In this document: one piece after another, positions 25,679-26,280 of the stretch
Layout: every line of letters starts with the position of its first letter
How positions within the stretch are numbered: position 1 is the first letter of the stretch
DNA from: a virus
Lineage: Duplodnaviria > Caudoviricetes
Length of the DNA stretch: 26,280 nt
Strand: one strand, 5' to 3'
IMG/VR virus record: IMGVR_UViG_3300022074_000326
Location: 1-26,280 of that record
Program-made: the position numbers and the translations under genes
The notes under the pieces: generated by a model
What the model was told of the DNA's origin: nothing
The model's database searches: none
What the model saw: only the letters and a program-made list of their open reading frames with translations

Positions 25679-25807
25679 TGTCTTGGCTAGTGGGTTTTTC
25701 TTACGTTTGATAGCAAGTTTAACTTTTTTCTTTTTTTCTTTCTCGTCTCTCGCACCACTTAATTTACCTTCTACTTGTTTTGATATCTGTGATCTTCCTA
25801 TTGTCAT
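25667..25807 (-). CDS. 46-aa basic peptide
   Basis: Not in the ORF track. MTIGRSQISKQVEGKLSGARDEKEKKKKVKLAIKRKKNPLAKTFTA. ATGA overlap with the peptidase stop, and it fills the gap. Confidence 0.7.
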   Translation of the reverse strand: MTIGRSQISKQVEGKLSGARDEKEKKKKVKLAIKRKKNPLAKTFTA

Positions 25808-26280
25808 GCTAAATCCTTTGCTTTTCCTATAACTGGTTTATACTTTGTTTTACCCTCAGATTTGTATGCATGCAAGAACTGTTTTCTTGGTTGATCTGTA
25901 GTATAACTACAGTGTATCCATCCCGAGTTGGGTTCGCCAGGAGTGTAGAATTCGAGGATCAATTGATCGTAGTCTAGGTTTTTATTGATCCAATCAGCTA
26001 ATTCTGCATTGTCGGTTCCCATACATTCAAAATCTGCAGCCTCAGCTTTTGCATGTTGGCTGTTGATCGAGCTACCTATCTTTAGGCAAAGCTGCTCGCT
26101 ACGGAACCCTGACGTTACCTTTACTCTGCCGAAGTGGTCACGTACCGGTTGCAATATATTTTCACATAATGCTTTTAATTTTTCTATCTGACCAGAATTA
26201 GGATTATTATTTATATCTAACCTAATTGCTGTATCTGATTTAATTAATTCTTGTAAACTAAAATTACGTGTTAATTCCAT
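25804..26280 (-). CDS. Peptidase M15A-family zinc peptidase (probable endolysin)
   Basis: NFSL.E...S, LQPVRDHFG, SGFRS, S-x-H-x6-D (SQHAKAEAAD), DQLILE and WIH motifs. The ATG lies at the window edge. Confidence 0.85.
   Translation of the reverse strand: MELTRNFSLQELIKSDTAIRLDINNNPNSGQIEKLKALCENILQPVRDHFGRVKVTSGFRSEQLCLKIGSSINSQHAKAEAADFECMGTDNAELADWINKNLDYDQLILEFYTPGEPNSGWIHCSYTTDQPRKQFLHAYKSEGKTKYKPVIGKAKDLA

Larger units (their letters stand above)
1..26280 (-). other. Tailed phage (probable marine podovirus, pelagiphage/uvMED-like) virion morphogenesis region
   Basis: About 35 co-oriented, abutting or overlapping genes (TAATG/ATGA junctions). Order is endolysin-like, adaptors, fibres, nozzle, ejection proteins, exonuclease. 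No tail tube, sheath or long tape measure gene. No host housekeeping genes. Low GC. Confidence 0.9.

Noticed and set aside
474-26191. All plus-strand ORFs in the track (e.g. 474..770, 5953..6249, 8898..9215, 13349..13663, 24933..25187, 25985..26191)
   Set aside because: They are antisense shadows of well-supported minus-strand genes, with no recognisable motifs.
1-26280. tRNA, rRNA, CRISPR array, rho-independent terminators
   Set aside because: No intergenic gap exceeds 34 nt. I saw no repeat-spacer structure and no GC-rich stem followed by a U-tract in any gap.

Overview
This window is a segment of an AT-rich (roughly one-third GC by eye) tailed-phage genome, most likely a marine podovirus of the pelagiphage/uvMED kind. 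The gene order and N-termini resemble HTVC023P-like SAR11 phages, but that assignment is from recall and not from a search. All credible genes are on the minus strand and tightly packed. Read right to left, the window holds: an M15A peptidase (endolysin-like); four small basic or EF-hand proteins; adaptor/neck proteins; a ~10 kb tail-fibre/adhesin array (Gly-rich, Ig/IPT, LamG/SPRY, repeat proteins); a ParB/Srx-domain gene plus two 2OG-Fe(II) oxygenases; the tail nozzle and small neighbours; GT-B and GT-A glycosyltransferases; an internal-virion (ejection) module with a GNAT-fold gene; a small membrane-anchored protein; and the 5' part of a PD-(D/E)XK exonuclease. I found four genes missing from the ORF track (1-256 partial, 8370-8507, 8832-8996, 25667-25807). 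The most interesting signals are: (i) a recurring F/Y-x-x-G-G-hydrophobic motif limited to predicted internal/head proteins, possibly a processing or packaging signal; (ii) four sigma70-type promoters with exact 17-bp spacers in SD-less gaps, giving leaderless or near-leaderless mRNAs; (iii) a hydroxylase/glycosyltransferase/ParB/GNAT enzyme set embedded in the virion module; (iv) a plug-and-socket modular tail-fibre system; (v) GC-rich tandem 7-mer motifs inside genes. I saw no tRNA, rRNA, CRISPR array, integrase, reverse transcriptase, terminase, portal or major capsid gene. All functional calls come from motif recognition, not database searches.
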